This document shows, one piece after another, positions 1 to 9,232 of a stretch of 64,000 nucleotides of DNA. The stretch is from Acidimicrobiales bacterium (GTDB lineage: Bacteria > Actinomycetota > Acidimicrobiia > Acidimicrobiales > GCA-2861595): positions 135,865 to 199,864 of the forward strand of contig DATLOM010000018.1 in NCBI GenBank assembly GCA_035536185.1. Direction: 5' to 3'. The translations under genes and the position numbers were made by a program. Position 1 is the first letter of the stretch, and each line of letters starts with the position of its first letter. Below the pieces are notes generated by a model, which saw only the letters and a program-made list of their open reading frames with translations, was not told the origin of the DNA and did not search any database.

Positions 1-735
1 GTAGATCTCGAGGAGAGCCTCTTCCCGTGTGGGGGCCAGCTCCTTCTCCTTGGCCCACTGGCCCTCGAGGAAGTCGAAGTGGCGCACGAACTTGTCGAGC
101 AGGCCGGGCGCCCCCTCCTCGTCGTAGCCGAGGGCGCGCAGCAGCACGAACAGGCTGAGCCGGCGCTTGCGGGCGACGCGGGTGCCGGCGGTGATGTCCT
201 TGCCCGGCTTGGCTTCCACGTCGAACTCGATCCACTCACCCCGATAGGGGTGGATGGTGCCGGTGACGACGGTCTTGGCGTCGCGACCGGGCTGGAAGAT
301 CACGCCGGGGCTGCGCACCAGCTGCGACACGACGACCCGCTCGGTGCCGTTGATGATGAACGTGCCCTTGTTCGTCATCATGGGGAAGTCGCCCATGAAG
401 ACGGTCTGTTCCTTGATCTCACCGGTGGTGGCGTTCATGAACCGGGCCCGCACGAAGATCGGCGCGGAGTAGGTCATGTCCTTCTCCTTGCACTCCTCCA
501 TCGTGAACTTCGGAGGGGGCCGGAGATCCTGGTCGGTGGAGTCGAACTCCAGCTCGAGGCGCAGCTGGCCGGTGAAGTCCTCGATGGGGCTTATGTCCCG
601 GAACGTTTGAACCAGGCCGGAATCAAGGAACCATTCGAACGAGGATCGCTGGATGGCCACCAGATCCGGCAGCGGCAGGACCTCATCGAGGTTGGCGAAA
701 GAGAAACGTTCCCGTACGGCGGGACCAGACGGCAA
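1..735 (-). CDS. rpoB: DNA-directed RNA polymerase beta subunit, N-terminal 245 codons; the rest lies beyond the window edge
   Basis: Hand translation of the minus strand from TTG at 735 (GAGGAG 6 nt upstream) gives LPSGPAVRERFSFANLDEVLPLPDLVAIQRSSFEWFL...FMGDFPMMTNKGTFIINGTERVVVSQLVRSPGV. This is open to position 1 and lies downstream of rplL as in the canonical rplJL-rpoBC order. It is missing from the ORF track because it runs off the window. Confidence 0.9.
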   Translation of the reverse strand, partial: MPSGPAVRERFSFANLDEVLPLPDLVAIQRSSFEWFLDSGLVQTFRDISPIEDFTGQLRLELEFDSTDQDLRPPPKFTMEECKEKDMTYSAPIFVRARFMNATTGEIKEQTVFMGDFPMMTNKGTFIINGTERVVVSQLVRSPGVIFQPGRDAKTVVTGTIHPYRGEWIEFDVEAKPGKDITAGTRVARKRRLSLFVLLRALGYDEEGAPGLLDKFVRHFDFLEGQWAKEKELAPTREEALLEIY

Positions 736-891
736 GACCTACTCCTCGTGGAGATGGGGGGCGGAACGAGCGATGAGCGCGCGCCAGCCACGCTCAGAAC
801 TTCAGGGCGTGCAGCGGGCGGCCACGGCAACCACGCAGTATAAGCGCGGGCAGGCCAAAAAGACAATCCGGGGACAGACTCGGCAAGAGTA

Positions 892-939
892 GGGGCGTCG
901 AGCCCCTTCGTCAAGGGTTTCGTGCCGGGCCTGGCCCGG
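892..939 (-). terminator. Two GC-rich hairpins in the rplL-rpoB spacer (possible attenuator or partial terminator)
   Basis: CCGGGC-CTG-GCCCGG lies at 925-939, just after the rplL stop. GGGGC-GTCGA-GCCCC lies at 892-906. There is no U-tract, and function is inferred only from position. Confidence 0.3.
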
Positions 940-944
940 GGGAG

Positions 945-1328
945 CTACTTGACCTCGACGCTGGCGCCGGCGGCCTCGAGCTGCGCCTTGGCCTTCTCGG
1001 CGTCTTCCTTGGAGGCACGCTCGAGAACGGGCTTGGGGGCGCCGTCCACGAGATCCTTGGCCTCCTTGAGGCCGAGGCTGGTAAGAGCCCGCACCTCCTT
1101 GATGACCTGGATCTTCTTGTCACCGGCCGCGGTGAGGATGACGTCGAACTCGTCCTTCTCCTCCTCGACGGGTGCCGCGTCGCCGCCGCCGCCACCAGCG
1201 GCCGGGGCTGCTGCCACCGGAGCCGCGGCAGTCACGCCGAAACGCTCCTCGAAGTCCTTGAGCAGCTCGCTCAGCTCGAGGACGGTCATGTTGGAAATGG
1301 AATCCAGGATCTCTTCTTTGGTGCCCAT
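945..1328 (-). CDS. rplL: 50S ribosomal protein L7/L12
   Basis: 127 aa. It has an N-terminal dimerisation helix, an Ala/Pro/Gly hinge, and the C-terminal motif [23 protein letters not shown]. Confidence 0.95.
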   Translation of the reverse strand: MGTKEEILDSISNMTVLELSELLKDFEERFGVTAAAPVAAAPAAGGGGGDAAPVEEEKDEFDVILTAAGDKKIQVIKEVRALTSLGLKEAKDLVDGAPKPVLERASKEDAEKAKAQLEAAGASVEVK

Positions 1329-2050
1329 CAGGACGCTCCTTGCTCTTCGGTTCGGTTATCTGGGGGATCGGAAGGGGTGGCCGGCTCGGGCTCGGGGGCG
1401 GCGGCTTCGGGCTCCGGGGCGGGGGCGGGAGCCTCGGGCTCGGTGGCAGCGGCTTCGGGCGCCGGAGCGGGGGCGGGAGCCTCGGGCTCGGGGGACGCCG
1501 CGGCTTCCGCTTCGCCGGCCTCCGGGGCGCCGCCCTTCTGGTCGATCAGAGCCTTGAGGCCGTAGGCGAAGTTGCGGGGCAGGGCTTGGAGCAGGCCGGC
1601 GAACTTGACCATCGGGGCGGCCAGGCCGCCGGCGATGCGGGCCAGCAGCACGTCCCGCGTCGGGAGGTCTGCGAGAGCGGCGGTATCGGGAGCGGAGAGG
1701 ACGCTGGTGCCGAGGAGCCCGCCCTTGACGATCAGCGCCGGGTTGGTCCGGGCGAAGTCCCGCAGCGCCTTGGCCACGGCCACGGCGTCACCGTCGACGA
1801 AGGCGATGGCCGTCGGGCCGAGGAGCAGGGCCTCCAGCTCGTCGAGGCCCAGGTCACGGGCAGCGAAGCGGACGAGGGTGTTCTTGTAGATCTTGTAGTC
1901 GCCGCCCACGTCGTTCAGCGAGCGGCGCAGCGTGGACAGCTCCTTCACGCCCAACCCGCGGTACTCGGTGAGAATGGCCGCGCTGGAGGAGGAGAGGCGC
2001 TCGCGCACCTCGTCCACCACGGCGACCTTCTCTGGCCTCGGATTGTCCAA
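1328..2050 (-). CDS. rplJ: 50S ribosomal protein L10 with a Pro/Glu/Ala-rich C-terminal tail
   Basis: The first ~170 aa are L10-like ([12 protein letters not shown]...). The stop overlaps the rplL ATG by 1 nt (TGATG). The last ~65 aa are a low-complexity PEA repeat. Confidence 0.9.
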   Translation of the reverse strand: MDNPRPEKVAVVDEVRERLSSSSAAILTEYRGLGVKELSTLRRSLNDVGGDYKIYKNTLVRFAARDLGLDELEALLLGPTAIAFVDGDAVAVAKALRDFARTNPALIVKGGLLGTSVLSAPDTAALADLPTRDVLLARIAGGLAAPMVKFAGLLQALPRNFAYGLKALIDQKGGAPEAGEAEAAASPEPEAPAPAPAPEAAATEPEAPAPAPEPEAAAPEPEPATPSDPPDNRTEEQGAS

Positions 2051-2210
2051 CTCGCCTTCGCCTCCTCTGTCTTCAGCCCCACCGGCGCACGCAGGAAGCG
2101 AACGCCCTGGACTTCAGGAGGTTCACCTCGTCAGGCGGGCCAAGGCCCTTTCAGCGCACGGGGCGCACCGGATGTCTGCGGCGAAGCGATGGATCGTGCG
2201 GGCAACCGTA

Positions 2211-2942
2211 CTACGACGCGGCCGAAGCCGCCTGGGCGAGCTCGTCCTCGGTGATGCGGATGGTGCTCGGGTCCAGCTTGATGCCGGGCCCCATGGTGGA
2301 GGAGACCGTCACCGAGCGGACGTATTTTCCCTTGGACGCCGCCGGCTTGGCCTTCTGCAGCTCGTCCACCACGGCCCGGATGTTGTCGAGCAAGGCCTGG
2401 GTCTCGAACGAGACCTTGCCCACCGGCACGTGGATGTTGCCGAACTTGTCGGTGCGGTACTCCACCCGACCGCCCTTGAACTCGGTGACGGCCTTGGCCA
2501 CATCGGTGGTGACCGTTCCCGTCTTCGGGTTGGGCATGAGGCCCCGGGGGCCGAGCACCTTGCCGACCTTGCCGACCAGGGCCATGAGGTCCGGGGTGGC
2601 GATGGCGATGTCGAAATCGAAGAAACCCTCCTGCACCCGCTGCACCAGGTCGTCGGCACCGACGATGTCGGCGCCGGCACCACGGGCCGCCTCGGCGGCA
2701 TCGCCGGCGGCGAACACGGCTACCCGGACGGCCTTGCCGGTACCGGCAGGAAGGCTCACGGTGCCCCGGACGATCTGGTCGGCCCGGCGGGGGTCGACGC
2801 CCAGGCGCACAGCCAGCTCGACCGTCTCGTCGAAGCGGGCCGGCGCAAGGCTCTTGAGCAGTTCGACGGCCTGACGGGGGCGGTGCAGGTGGTCCCGGTC
2901 GAAGCGCCGGGTCGCGTCGGTGTACCTCTTGCCGCTGGGCAT
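2211..2942 (-). CDS. rplA: 50S ribosomal protein L1
   Basis: 243 aa containing [26 protein letters not shown] and [15 protein letters not shown], and positioned next to rplK. Confidence 0.95.
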   Translation of the reverse strand: MPSGKRYTDATRRFDRDHLHRPRQAVELLKSLAPARFDETVELAVRLGVDPRRADQIVRGTVSLPAGTGKAVRVAVFAAGDAAEAARGAGADIVGADDLVQRVQEGFFDFDIAIATPDLMALVGKVGKVLGPRGLMPNPKTGTVTTDVAKAVTEFKGGRVEYRTDKFGNIHVPVGKVSFETQALLDNIRAVVDELQKAKPAASKGKYVRSVTVSSTMGPGIKLDPSTIRITEDELAQAASAAS

Positions 2943-2952
2943 CTGTTCTTTC

Positions 2953-3384
2953 CTAGTCCTTGGAGACGTTGATGCCCATGGAGCGGGCCGTGCCCGCCAC
3001 CTGGCGCTTGGCCGCCTCGAGATCGTTGGCGTTGAGGTCGGGCATCTTGGTCTGGGCGATCTCGGTGAGCTGGGCGGCGGTGATGGAGCCCACCGTGGCG
3101 CGACCGGCGGTGGTAGCGCCCTTGTCGATCCCTGCCGCCTGGCGCAGGAGCACCGGGGTGGGGGACGTCTTGAGCACGAAGGTGAAGGACCGGTCCTCGA
3201 ACACGGTGATCTCCACCGGGATGACGCTGCCCCGCTGGCTCTCGGTGGCCGCGTTGTACTGCTTGCAGAACTCCGGTGTGGAGACGCCGTGAGGGCCCAG
3301 GGCCGTACCGACCGGCGGCGCCGGCGTGGCCTGCCCGGCCGGGAGCTGGATCTTCACTATCGCCGCAACGCGCTTCTTTGCCAT
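2953..3384 (-). CDS. rplK: 50S ribosomal protein L11
   Basis: 143 aa containing [24 protein letters not shown] and FCKQYNA. Confidence 0.95.
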   Translation of the reverse strand: MAKKRVAAIVKIQLPAGQATPAPPVGTALGPHGVSTPEFCKQYNAATESQRGSVIPVEITVFEDRSFTFVLKTSPTPVLLRQAAGIDKGATTAGRATVGSITAAQLTEIAQTKMPDLNANDLEAAKRQVAGTARSMGINVSKD

Positions 3385-4080
3385 CTAGAGCTTCGCCACC
3401 TGACTGAACTCGAGCTCGACCGGAGTCTCCCGGCCGAAGATGTTGACGAGCACCTTGAGCTTGAGCTGGTCCTCGTTGATCTCTGCGATCTGCCCGGAGA
3501 AGTCGGCGAAGGGCCCTTCACGAACCCGGACGCTCTCCCCCACCTCGTACTCGAGGCGCGGGCGGGTCTTGCGCACGGTCTCCACACCCTCCTGCTGGAC
3601 CGGAAGGAACGTCTCCACGTCACGGCGGGACAGGGGCACCGGGCTGGATCCCTGGTGGACGAAGCCGGTTACGCCGGGAGTGTTGCGCACGACGTACCAG
3701 GCGTCGTCGTCGAGCTCGCAGCGCACGAGCAGGTACCCGGGGAAGACCTTCTTCTGGACGACGACCTTCTTGCCGTTCTTGAACTCGATGACGTCCTCGA
3801 CGGGGATCACGACCTCGTAGATCCGCTCCTCCATGTTCATGGACGAGATTCGGCTCTCGAGGTTGGACTTCACCTTGTTCTCGTAGCCCGCGTAGGTGTG
3901 CACCACGAACCACTGCCCAGGCCGGTCGTAGGGGCTCTCTACCCTCGTGACGACCGCCTCGTCAGCCGATTCTTCGAGAAGATCCTCGACCTCGATCACC
4001 TCAGCCTCGGCTTCAGGCGCGTCGGGCACGACATCGGGGGCGATGTCGTCAGGATCTTCGGCGAAGGCGGGGTCGGTCAT
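3385..4080 (-). CDS. nusG: Transcription termination/antitermination factor NusG
   Basis: The NGN domain shows [19 protein letters not shown]. The KOW domain shows [21 protein letters not shown]. It has an acidic N-terminal extension. Confidence 0.93.
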   Translation of the reverse strand: MTDPAFAEDPDDIAPDVVPDAPEAEAEVIEVEDLLEESADEAVVTRVESPYDRPGQWFVVHTYAGYENKVKSNLESRISSMNMEERIYEVVIPVEDVIEFKNGKKVVVQKKVFPGYLLVRCELDDDAWYVVRNTPGVTGFVHQGSSPVPLSRRDVETFLPVQQEGVETVRKTRPRLEYEVGESVRVREGPFADFSGQIAEINEDQLKLKVLVNIFGRETPVELEFSQVAKL

Positions 4081-4376
4081 GTCTTGAAGAGGAAGAGGAC
4101 GCTCTTGGCGAAAGCGAGGTCGAGCACGAAGATGAGGGTTACCAGGAAGACGAGGGCGACGAGAACCACGGTGGAGTAGTTGACGACCTCACCCTTGGTG
4201 GGCCAGGCCACCTTCCGGAGCTCTCCCCGAACCTCCTTGAGGAAGGTAGCAGGCGAGGTGCGCTCGCTGGGCGGCTTGGGGCCGCGGGGCTGCGCCGGCC
4301 TCTTGGTCGCGACGGGAGACCCGTCGGCGCCCACCTGGCCCTGACGCTGCATCATCCGCTTCGTCTGTCGGTTCAT
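4077..4376 (-). CDS. secE: Preprotein translocase subunit SecE
   Basis: 99 aa with a basic N-terminus, [20 protein letters not shown], and a single C-terminal transmembrane segment. It overlaps nusG by 4 nt. Confidence 0.9.
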   Translation of the reverse strand: MNRQTKRMMQRQGQVGADGSPVATKRPAQPRGPKPPSERTSPATFLKEVRGELRKVAWPTKGEVVNYSTVVLVALVFLVTLIFVLDLAFAKSVLFLFKT

Positions 4377-4413
4377 CTGCTACCTCGGGCGGTTCATGGG
4401 AAGAAGGGCCGAG

Positions 4414-4486
4414 CAGGGCAGGAGGGAGTCGAACCCCCAACCGCCGGTTTTGGAGACCGGTGCTCTGCCAGTTGAGCTACTGCCCT
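4414..4486 (-). tRNA. trpT: tRNA-Trp (anticodon CCA)
   Basis: The minus strand folds by hand into a cloverleaf: AGGGCAG-TA-GCTC..GAGC-A-CCGGT-CTCCAAA-ACCGG-CGGTT-GGGGG-TTCGACT-CCCTC-CTGCCCT-G. No CCA is encoded. Confidence 0.85.
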
Positions 4487-4560
4487 AGGGGCTCTGTCCG
4501 CCAGCAGGATAGCACCGGCCCCGCCGCCGCTCCCCAGGAAGAGGCGGCCGCGGCGCGAGG

Positions 4561-4926
4561 TCAACCGGCCAGGCGCATCTTCCGGCGGCCGCGGTTTGCC
4601 ATCACGAGGGCCCCGGCGGCGCCAGCGGCGGCCGTGGCCACCGCTATGCCGCCCAGGTAGGCGCCCCGCCGGCCAGCCAGCAGCGAGCGCATCGCACCTC
4701 GCTCGCCGGCCGCCTCGAGGTTGGCGAGGATGGCCGTGAGCGTGCCGGGAGCCGGCTGGAGAACGTCGGTACGCAGGTGGCGCAGCGCCTTCAGCAGCCT
4801 GCGGTACTGGACCAGCTCGGCCTGGCACCGCAAGCAGGCCTCGACGTGCGACCGAACCTGGGGATCGGCTTTCTCCGTGCCGTCGACGATCTGGGGCAGG
4901 AGGTCGGCGACGCGTTCACACCGCAT
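4561..4926 (-). CDS. Anti-sigma factor (zf-HC2 type, single C-terminal transmembrane segment)
   Basis: It starts at the internal ATG 4926 (MRCERVADLL...). The HxxxCxxC motif is HVEACLRC. The transmembrane segment is AYLGGIAVATAAAGAAGALVMA. It overlaps the 3' end of the sigma gene by 11 nt. Confidence 0.7.
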   Translation of the reverse strand: MRCERVADLLPQIVDGTEKADPQVRSHVEACLRCQAELVQYRRLLKALRHLRTDVLQPAPGTLTAILANLEAAGERGAMRSLLAGRRGAYLGGIAVATAAAGAAGALVMANRGRRKMRLAG

Positions 4927-5503
4927 GAGCGGTCTCCTCGCCGGTGAGCTCGCTCCGGAGGGGGAAGAGACGCTCCCGGAGCTTCTTGCGGGCCCGGTGC
5001 AGGCGGACCTTGGCCGCACCCTCGCTGATCCCGAGCTCGGCGGCGATGGCCTCGTGGGGAAGGTCGTAGATGTCCCGCAGCACCACGACGGCGCGCATCT
5101 CGGGTGACAGGCTCTGGAGGGCGGACTGCAGGATCCGCCGGTCGTCGCCGGCCCCCAGATGAGCGCCGGGGTCGCTGTCGACCGCCCTGGGGTCGGCCGC
5201 CGTCTCCTCGTCGCCGAGCTCGTCGTGGCGGTCCTTGGCCCGCCGTGACAGGTGGGTCACCGCGCAGTTGGCGGTGATCCGGTAGAGCCAGGTGTTGAAC
5301 TTGGCGTCGCCGCGAAAGCGCTTCAGGCCCTTCCAGGCCCGCAGGTAAGCCTCCTGCACCACGTCTTTCGCATCCTCCTCGTTGCCGGTCATCCGGAAGG
5401 CGAGGGTGTAGGCGTCGGCGTGTGTGACACGCACCAACTCCTCGAAGGCCGCCTGGTCGCCCGCTTTGGCCGCGGTGACCAGGTCAGCCAACTCCTGCGC
5501 CAT
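4916..5503 (-). CDS. ECF (sigma-70 family, group 4) RNA polymerase sigma factor
   Basis: The listed ORF is trimmed to ATG 5503 (MAQELADLV...). Region 2 shows DVVQEAYLRAWKGLKRFRGDAKFNTWLYRITAN. Region 4 shows REIAAELGISEGAAKVRLHRARKKL-like sequence. Confidence 0.85.
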   Translation of the reverse strand: MAQELADLVTAAKAGDQAAFEELVRVTHADAYTLAFRMTGNEEDAKDVVQEAYLRAWKGLKRFRGDAKFNTWLYRITANCAVTHLSRRAKDRHDELGDEETAADPRAVDSDPGAHLGAGDDRRILQSALQSLSPEMRAVVVLRDIYDLPHEAIAAELGISEGAAKVRLHRARKKLRERLFPLRSELTGEETAHAV

Positions 5504-5538
5504 CAGCCGGTTCGACTCGGCCGGAGCGGCAACGGTTA

Positions 5539-5703
5539 CTACCTGGTCTCTTTGTGGGAGGTGTGCTTGCGGTCCCACCGGCAGTACTTCTTCATCTCGA
5601 TGCGCTCGCGGTGGTTGGCCTTGTTCTTGGTGGTGATGTAGTTGCGCCGCTTGCACACCTCGCACGCGAGGGTGACCTTGACGCGCTTCTCGTTCCTGGC
5701 CAT
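5539..5703 (-). CDS. rpmG: 50S ribosomal protein L33
   Basis: Hand translation gives [54 protein letters not shown] (54 aa, below the ORF-track size cut-off). This is the typical L33 CxxC...C pattern and position. Confidence 0.9.
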   Translation of the reverse strand: MARNEKRVKVTLACEVCKRRNYITTKNKANHRERIEMKKYCRWDRKHTSHKETR

Positions 5704-5734
5704 CTGGCAACTCTACTTTCTCGTTCCCTGCGAG

Positions 5735-5808
5735 TAGCGGCGGTCGGATTCGAACCGACGACAACACGATTATGAGCCGTGTGCTCTAACCAACTGAGCT
5801 ACGCCGCC
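5735..5808 (-). tRNA. tRNA-Met (anticodon CAT; elongator-type acceptor stem, and a lysidine-modified tRNA-Ile is not excluded)
   Basis: Hand-folded cloverleaf: GGCGGCG-TA-GCTC-AGTTGGTTA-GAGC-A-CACGG-CTCATAA-TCGTG-TTGTC-GTCGG-TTCGAAT-CCGAC-CGCCGCT-A. Confidence 0.8.
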
Positions 5809-5812
5809 GCGG

Positions 5813-5885
5813 AGCCCTCTGTGGGAATTGAACCCACGACACCAGCCTTACCATGGCTGTGCTCTACCGACTGAGCTAAGAGGGC
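5813..5885 (-). tRNA. tRNA-Thr (anticodon GGT)
   Basis: Hand-folded cloverleaf: GCCCTCT-TA-GCTC-AGTCGGTA-GAGC-A-CAGCC-ATGGTAA-GGCTG-GTGTC-GTGGG-TTCAATT-CCCAC-AGAGGGC-T. Confidence 0.85.
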
Positions 5886-5914
5886 GCTGGCTGCACGAGA
5901 CATGATACTGCGCT

Positions 5915-6418
5915 GTGCCCGATTCCTCTCCCCTCGTTCGTCCCGCGGCCTTCGCGGACGCCGAGGCCATCCGCCTCATCTACAACCGGGAGGTCACTTC
6001 CTCGCTGGTCACCTTCGATCTGGTGCCGCGGACCCTGGAGGACCAGCATGCGTGGCTGGACGCCCATGCCGGCGCCCACCCGGCGGTGGTGGCGGTGAAG
6101 CTGGGCGAGGTCGTGGGCTTCGGCTCGCTGTCGCCCTACCGGGAGCGCCCCGCCTACGCCACCACGGTGGAGGACTCGGTGTACGTCCGCGAGGACCAGC
6201 GTGGTGAGGGTGTAGGGCGGCTGCTGCTCGAGGAGCTGGTGCGCCTGGCCCGGGCCCACGGCTTCCACGCCATGATGGCCCGCGTCGTCGGTGGCCACGA
6301 GGCGTCGATCGGCCTCCACCGCGCCTGTGGCTTCGAGCTGGTGGGCGTCGAGCGTGAAGTGGGACGGAAGCTGGGGCGTTGGCTGGACGTGGTGCTGATG
6401 CAGCGCCTTCTCAGCTGA
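5915..6418 (+). CDS. GNAT-family N-acetyltransferase (phosphinothricin-acetyltransferase-like)
   Basis: 167 aa containing IRPA..ADAEAIRLIYN, the acetyl-CoA motif RGEGVGRLLLEELV, and C-terminal HRACGFELVG. Confidence 0.8.
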   Translation: MPDSSPLVRPAAFADAEAIRLIYNREVTSSLVTFDLVPRTLEDQHAWLDAHAGAHPAVVAVKLGEVVGFGSLSPYRERPAYATTVEDSVYVREDQRGEGVGRLLLEELVRLARAHGFHAMMARVVGGHEASIGLHRACGFELVGVEREVGRKLGRWLDVVLMQRLLS

Positions 6419-8108
6419 TCCGGGCGCCCAGGACGGCGATGTCGTCGTTGGTCCGGTGGGGCACCATGTCCGAGATCACCTTCTCGCACAAGCCGTCGAC
6501 CCCCTCGGCTAGCCCTTCCACGGCCGAACCCACGACCTCGATCAGGCGGTCGAGCCCGTCCTGAAGGGCATCGGTCCGCGATTCCACCAGCCCGTCGGTG
6601 AAGAAGACCAGCACCGACCCCGGCTCGACGGCGAAGGTGGACGAAACGAACGCCTGCTCCAGCATCGTCCCCAGCGGCACATTGGGTTCGAGGTGCAGGT
6701 AGCGGGGGTGCCCGGCCGGAGGGACCAGGAGGGGCGGTGGGTGGCCGGCGCTGATCATCTCGACTTGGCGAGTGCCCAGGTCCACCACCACGTACACCGC
6801 GGTGGCCATGGCCGAGCCGGTGAGCTCCTGGAGGAGGCGGTCGAGGCTCGTCATGAGCTCGGCCGGCTTCAGGCCGTGAACGGCGTAGGCCCTGATCGCG
6901 GTACGGAGCTGGCCCATGACCGCCGCCGCCCTGGTCCCGCGCCCGACCACGTCACCCACCACCAGCGCCACCCGGCCGTCGTCGAGGGGGAACACGTCGT
7001 ACCAGTCGCCACCGACCTGGGTGCCGAGGCTGCCGGGCTGGTAACACGCGGCCAGCGCCAGGCCCGGCACCTTCGGCATCTCGTCGGGGAGCAGGCTGCG
7101 CTGCAACGTCTCGGCGATGCGGTGCTCGTGCTCGTAACGCTCGGCGTTCTCGATGGCGACGGCCGCCAGCTGCGCGAGCTGGACGAGCACCACCTCGTCC
7201 TCCTCGGTGAAGTCACCTTCGATCTTGTCCGCCACCTGGATCAGGCCCAGCATGCGTCCGGTGCGGCCCTTGAGGGGCACCGCCAGCCAGCCCTCCAGCA
7301 TCGGGTGCGAGCCGGTCAGGTCGAACAGGCCCCTGGAGACGAAGCTGGCCTCGATCTCCTTCTTGGTCATCCGCACCGGCTCGTCCCGCTCGTACACCAC
7401 GCTGTAGATCCCCGAAAGATCGGCCCGATCCGGGTCGCCGGACCAGCCCTCGTACTTCGGTGAGAACGAGCGGGAACGCTCCAGGTCCCCCGCCTCTCGC
7501 GCCGCGGTGATCACCGTCTCGGACTCGTGGGCGCCGATCACCTCACGGGCCCCGTCGTTGATGACCTGCAGGATCTCGTCGAGCGAGAGCGTCGAGTTGA
7601 TGACGACGGCAGCGTGGGCCAGCTTCCTGAGGTTCCGCGCTTCGGTTTCGAAGCGCTGGTCGAGGCGCCGGGCCAGCAGCTCACTCTGCCGGCGCAGCTC
7701 CTGGGTCTTCTGGTACAGCTCGATGAACACCCTCACCTTGGCCTGGAGCAGGCCGACCTCGAACGGCTTGGTGACGTAGTCCACGGCGCCATGGGAAAAT
7801 CCCTGCATGGCGTGCACGGCGTCCTTGCTGTACGCCGTGAGGAAGATGATCGGGATGTCCCGGTTGCGCTCGCGATCCTTGATCCGAGTCGCCGTCTCGA
7901 ACCCGTCCATCTCCGGCATCTGCACGTCGAGAAGGATGAGGGCGACGTCGTGGACGAGAAGTCGCTTCAGTGCCTCTTCCCCCGAGCCGGCGCACAGCAG
8001 GTTGTGACCCAACGGCTCGAGAACCGCCTCCAGGGCGATGAGGTTCTCGGGCCGGTCGTCCACCAGCAGGATGGTGGCCGGCACCTCGTCGTAGGCGGGA
8101 CGCGTCAT
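6411..8108 (-). CDS. Response-regulator receiver / GAF / PP2C (SpoIIE, RsbU-like) protein phosphatase
   Basis: Trimmed to ATG 8108, which forms an ATGA overlap with the upstream stop. REC shows ILLVDDRPENL...LLDVQMPEMDGFE...TKP. A GAF-like middle region follows. PP2C shows VGGDWYDVF, VVGDVVGRG and FTDGLVE. Confidence 0.85.
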   Translation of the reverse strand: MTRPAYDEVPATILLVDDRPENLIALEAVLEPLGHNLLCAGSGEEALKRLLVHDVALILLDVQMPEMDGFETATRIKDRERNRDIPIIFLTAYSKDAVHAMQGFSHGAVDYVTKPFEVGLLQAKVRVFIELYQKTQELRRQSELLARRLDQRFETEARNLRKLAHAAVVINSTLSLDEILQVINDGAREVIGAHESETVITAAREAGDLERSRSFSPKYEGWSGDPDRADLSGIYSVVYERDEPVRMTKKEIEASFVSRGLFDLTGSHPMLEGWLAVPLKGRTGRMLGLIQVADKIEGDFTEEDEVVLVQLAQLAAVAIENAERYEHEHRIAETLQRSLLPDEMPKVPGLALAACYQPGSLGTQVGGDWYDVFPLDDGRVALVVGDVVGRGTRAAAVMGQLRTAIRAYAVHGLKPAELMTSLDRLLQELTGSAMATAVYVVVDLGTRQVEMISAGHPPPLLVPPAGHPRYLHLEPNVPLGTMLEQAFVSSTFAVEPGSVLVFFTDGLVESRTDALQDGLDRLIEVVGSAVEGLAEGVDGLCEKVISDMVPHRTNDDIAVLGARIS

Positions 8109-9232
8109 CGGCCCGGCGCCGGAAGTGTGAACCGCACGGTCACACCACAATCGTCGTTGCTCTCCATCCATATGCGTCCTCCGGCCCGCTCCACGACCTT
8201 TCGGCACACGGCCAGGCCGAGCCCCGTGCCCGGGTAGGGATCGCCTTCCAGCCGCTCGAACACCTGGAACACCTGCTCGAGCCGATCGTTCGGCACCCCG
8301 CGGCCGTGATCCCGGACCGACACCGTCACCATCCCGTCCTGCTGGCGGGAACTGAGCTCCACCACGGGCGCGACATCTGGCTCGTGGAACTTGATGGCGT
8401 TGCCGACGAGGTTCTGGAAGACCTGGGTCAGGTCGGGCGCGCTGCCCATGGCGTAGCCGAGGGGCGTGCGCCTCAGGTCGACCGGGCGATCCTCGGGCCC
8501 CTGCGACAGGTTCTGCAGCGCCGTGTGGAGTGCGGCGTCCAGATCCACGGGTTCGAGGGGTGCGGGGTCCACACCGGCGCGGGCGTAGACGAGTAGGTCC
8601 GATATGAGCGCGGACATCCGCTCGGCCGTGGAGCTGACCCTCGACATCCACTCGCGGGCCTGGGGATCGTCGTCGCCGAGGCGGTCGGCGAGCAGCTCGA
8701 TGAAGCCGGAGATCACCCTCAGAGGGTCCTGAAGATCATGGGAGGCGATGTAGGCGAACTGCTCGAGGTCCTGGTTGGAGCGCTCGAGCTCTGCCTTCTG
8801 CTGGGCCAGCTGGTGGCGTTGCTCCTGCAGCATCCTGGTGTTCAGGTACAGCTCGAGGAAGACGGCCACCTTGGCCCGCAGAACCTCGGGCTCGACTGGC
8901 TTGAAGATGTAGTCGACGGCGCCGGTGCCGTAGCCACGCAGGCGATTGTCCAGGCCCTGGCTGATCGCGGTGAGGAAGATGATCGGGATGTCGCGCGTCC
9001 GATCCCGCTGCTTGATCTGCTCGGCCGTCTCGAAACCGTCTATGCCCGGCATCTGGACGTCCAGCACGATGACGGCGATGTCGTCGGCCAGCAGGTGGCG
9101 CAGGGCCTCCTCGCCCGAGCTCGCCCGCACCATCCGCTGGCCCAGTGGCTCCAGGACCGCCTCGAGAGCGAGGAGGTTCTCGGGCCGGTCGTCCACCAGC
9201 AGCAGGGCCGGCGCCGGCCCGCCGGGCGTCAT
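8105..9232 (-). CDS. Receiver-histidine kinase fusion (REC-HisKA-HATPase_c)
   Basis: Trimmed to ATG 9232, which forms an ATGA overlap with the cheB stop. REC shows LLLVDDRPENL..VLDVQMPGIDGFE. The H-box is FAYIASHDLQDPLR. The N/G boxes are NLVGNAIKF and GTGLGLAVCRKVVE. Confidence 0.85.
   Translation of the reverse strand: MTPGGPAPALLLVDDRPENLLALEAVLEPLGQRMVRASSGEEALRHLLADDIAVIVLDVQMPGIDGFETAEQIKQRDRTRDIPIIFLTAISQGLDNRLRGYGTGAVDYIFKPVEPEVLRAKVAVFLELYLNTRMLQEQRHQLAQQKAELERSNQDLEQFAYIASHDLQDPLRVISGFIELLADRLGDDDPQAREWMSRVSSTAERMSALISDLLVYARAGVDPAPLEPVDLDAALHTALQNLSQGPEDRPVDLRRTPLGYAMGSAPDLTQVFQNLVGNAIKFHEPDVAPVVELSSRQQDGMVTVSVRDHGRGVPNDRLEQVFQVFERLEGDPYPGTGLGLAVCRKVVERAGGRIWMESNDDCGVTVRFTLPAPGR

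Noticed and set aside
79-843. A 254-aa plus-strand ORF at the left edge.
   Set aside because: It is antisense to a clear rpoB N-terminal reading frame, and its composition is typical of GC-rich shadow ORFs.
2051-2210. The 160-nt rplA-rplJ spacer as a possible L10-leader autoregulatory RNA.
   Set aside because: This is plausible by position only. I could not identify a convincing conserved structure by eye, so a covariance-model search is needed.
8109-8651. Long N-terminal extensions of listed ORFs: 6411-8651, 8105-9763, 9229-10506, 39709-40944, 40740-42473, 42582-43766, 28598-29656, 51265-53109 and 54430-55752.
   Set aside because: The extensions run through the upstream gene in another frame and have Arg/Pro-rich junk composition. 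Internal starts coincide with ATGA or TGATG coupling, or with good ribosome-binding sites, and with the expected family N-termini.
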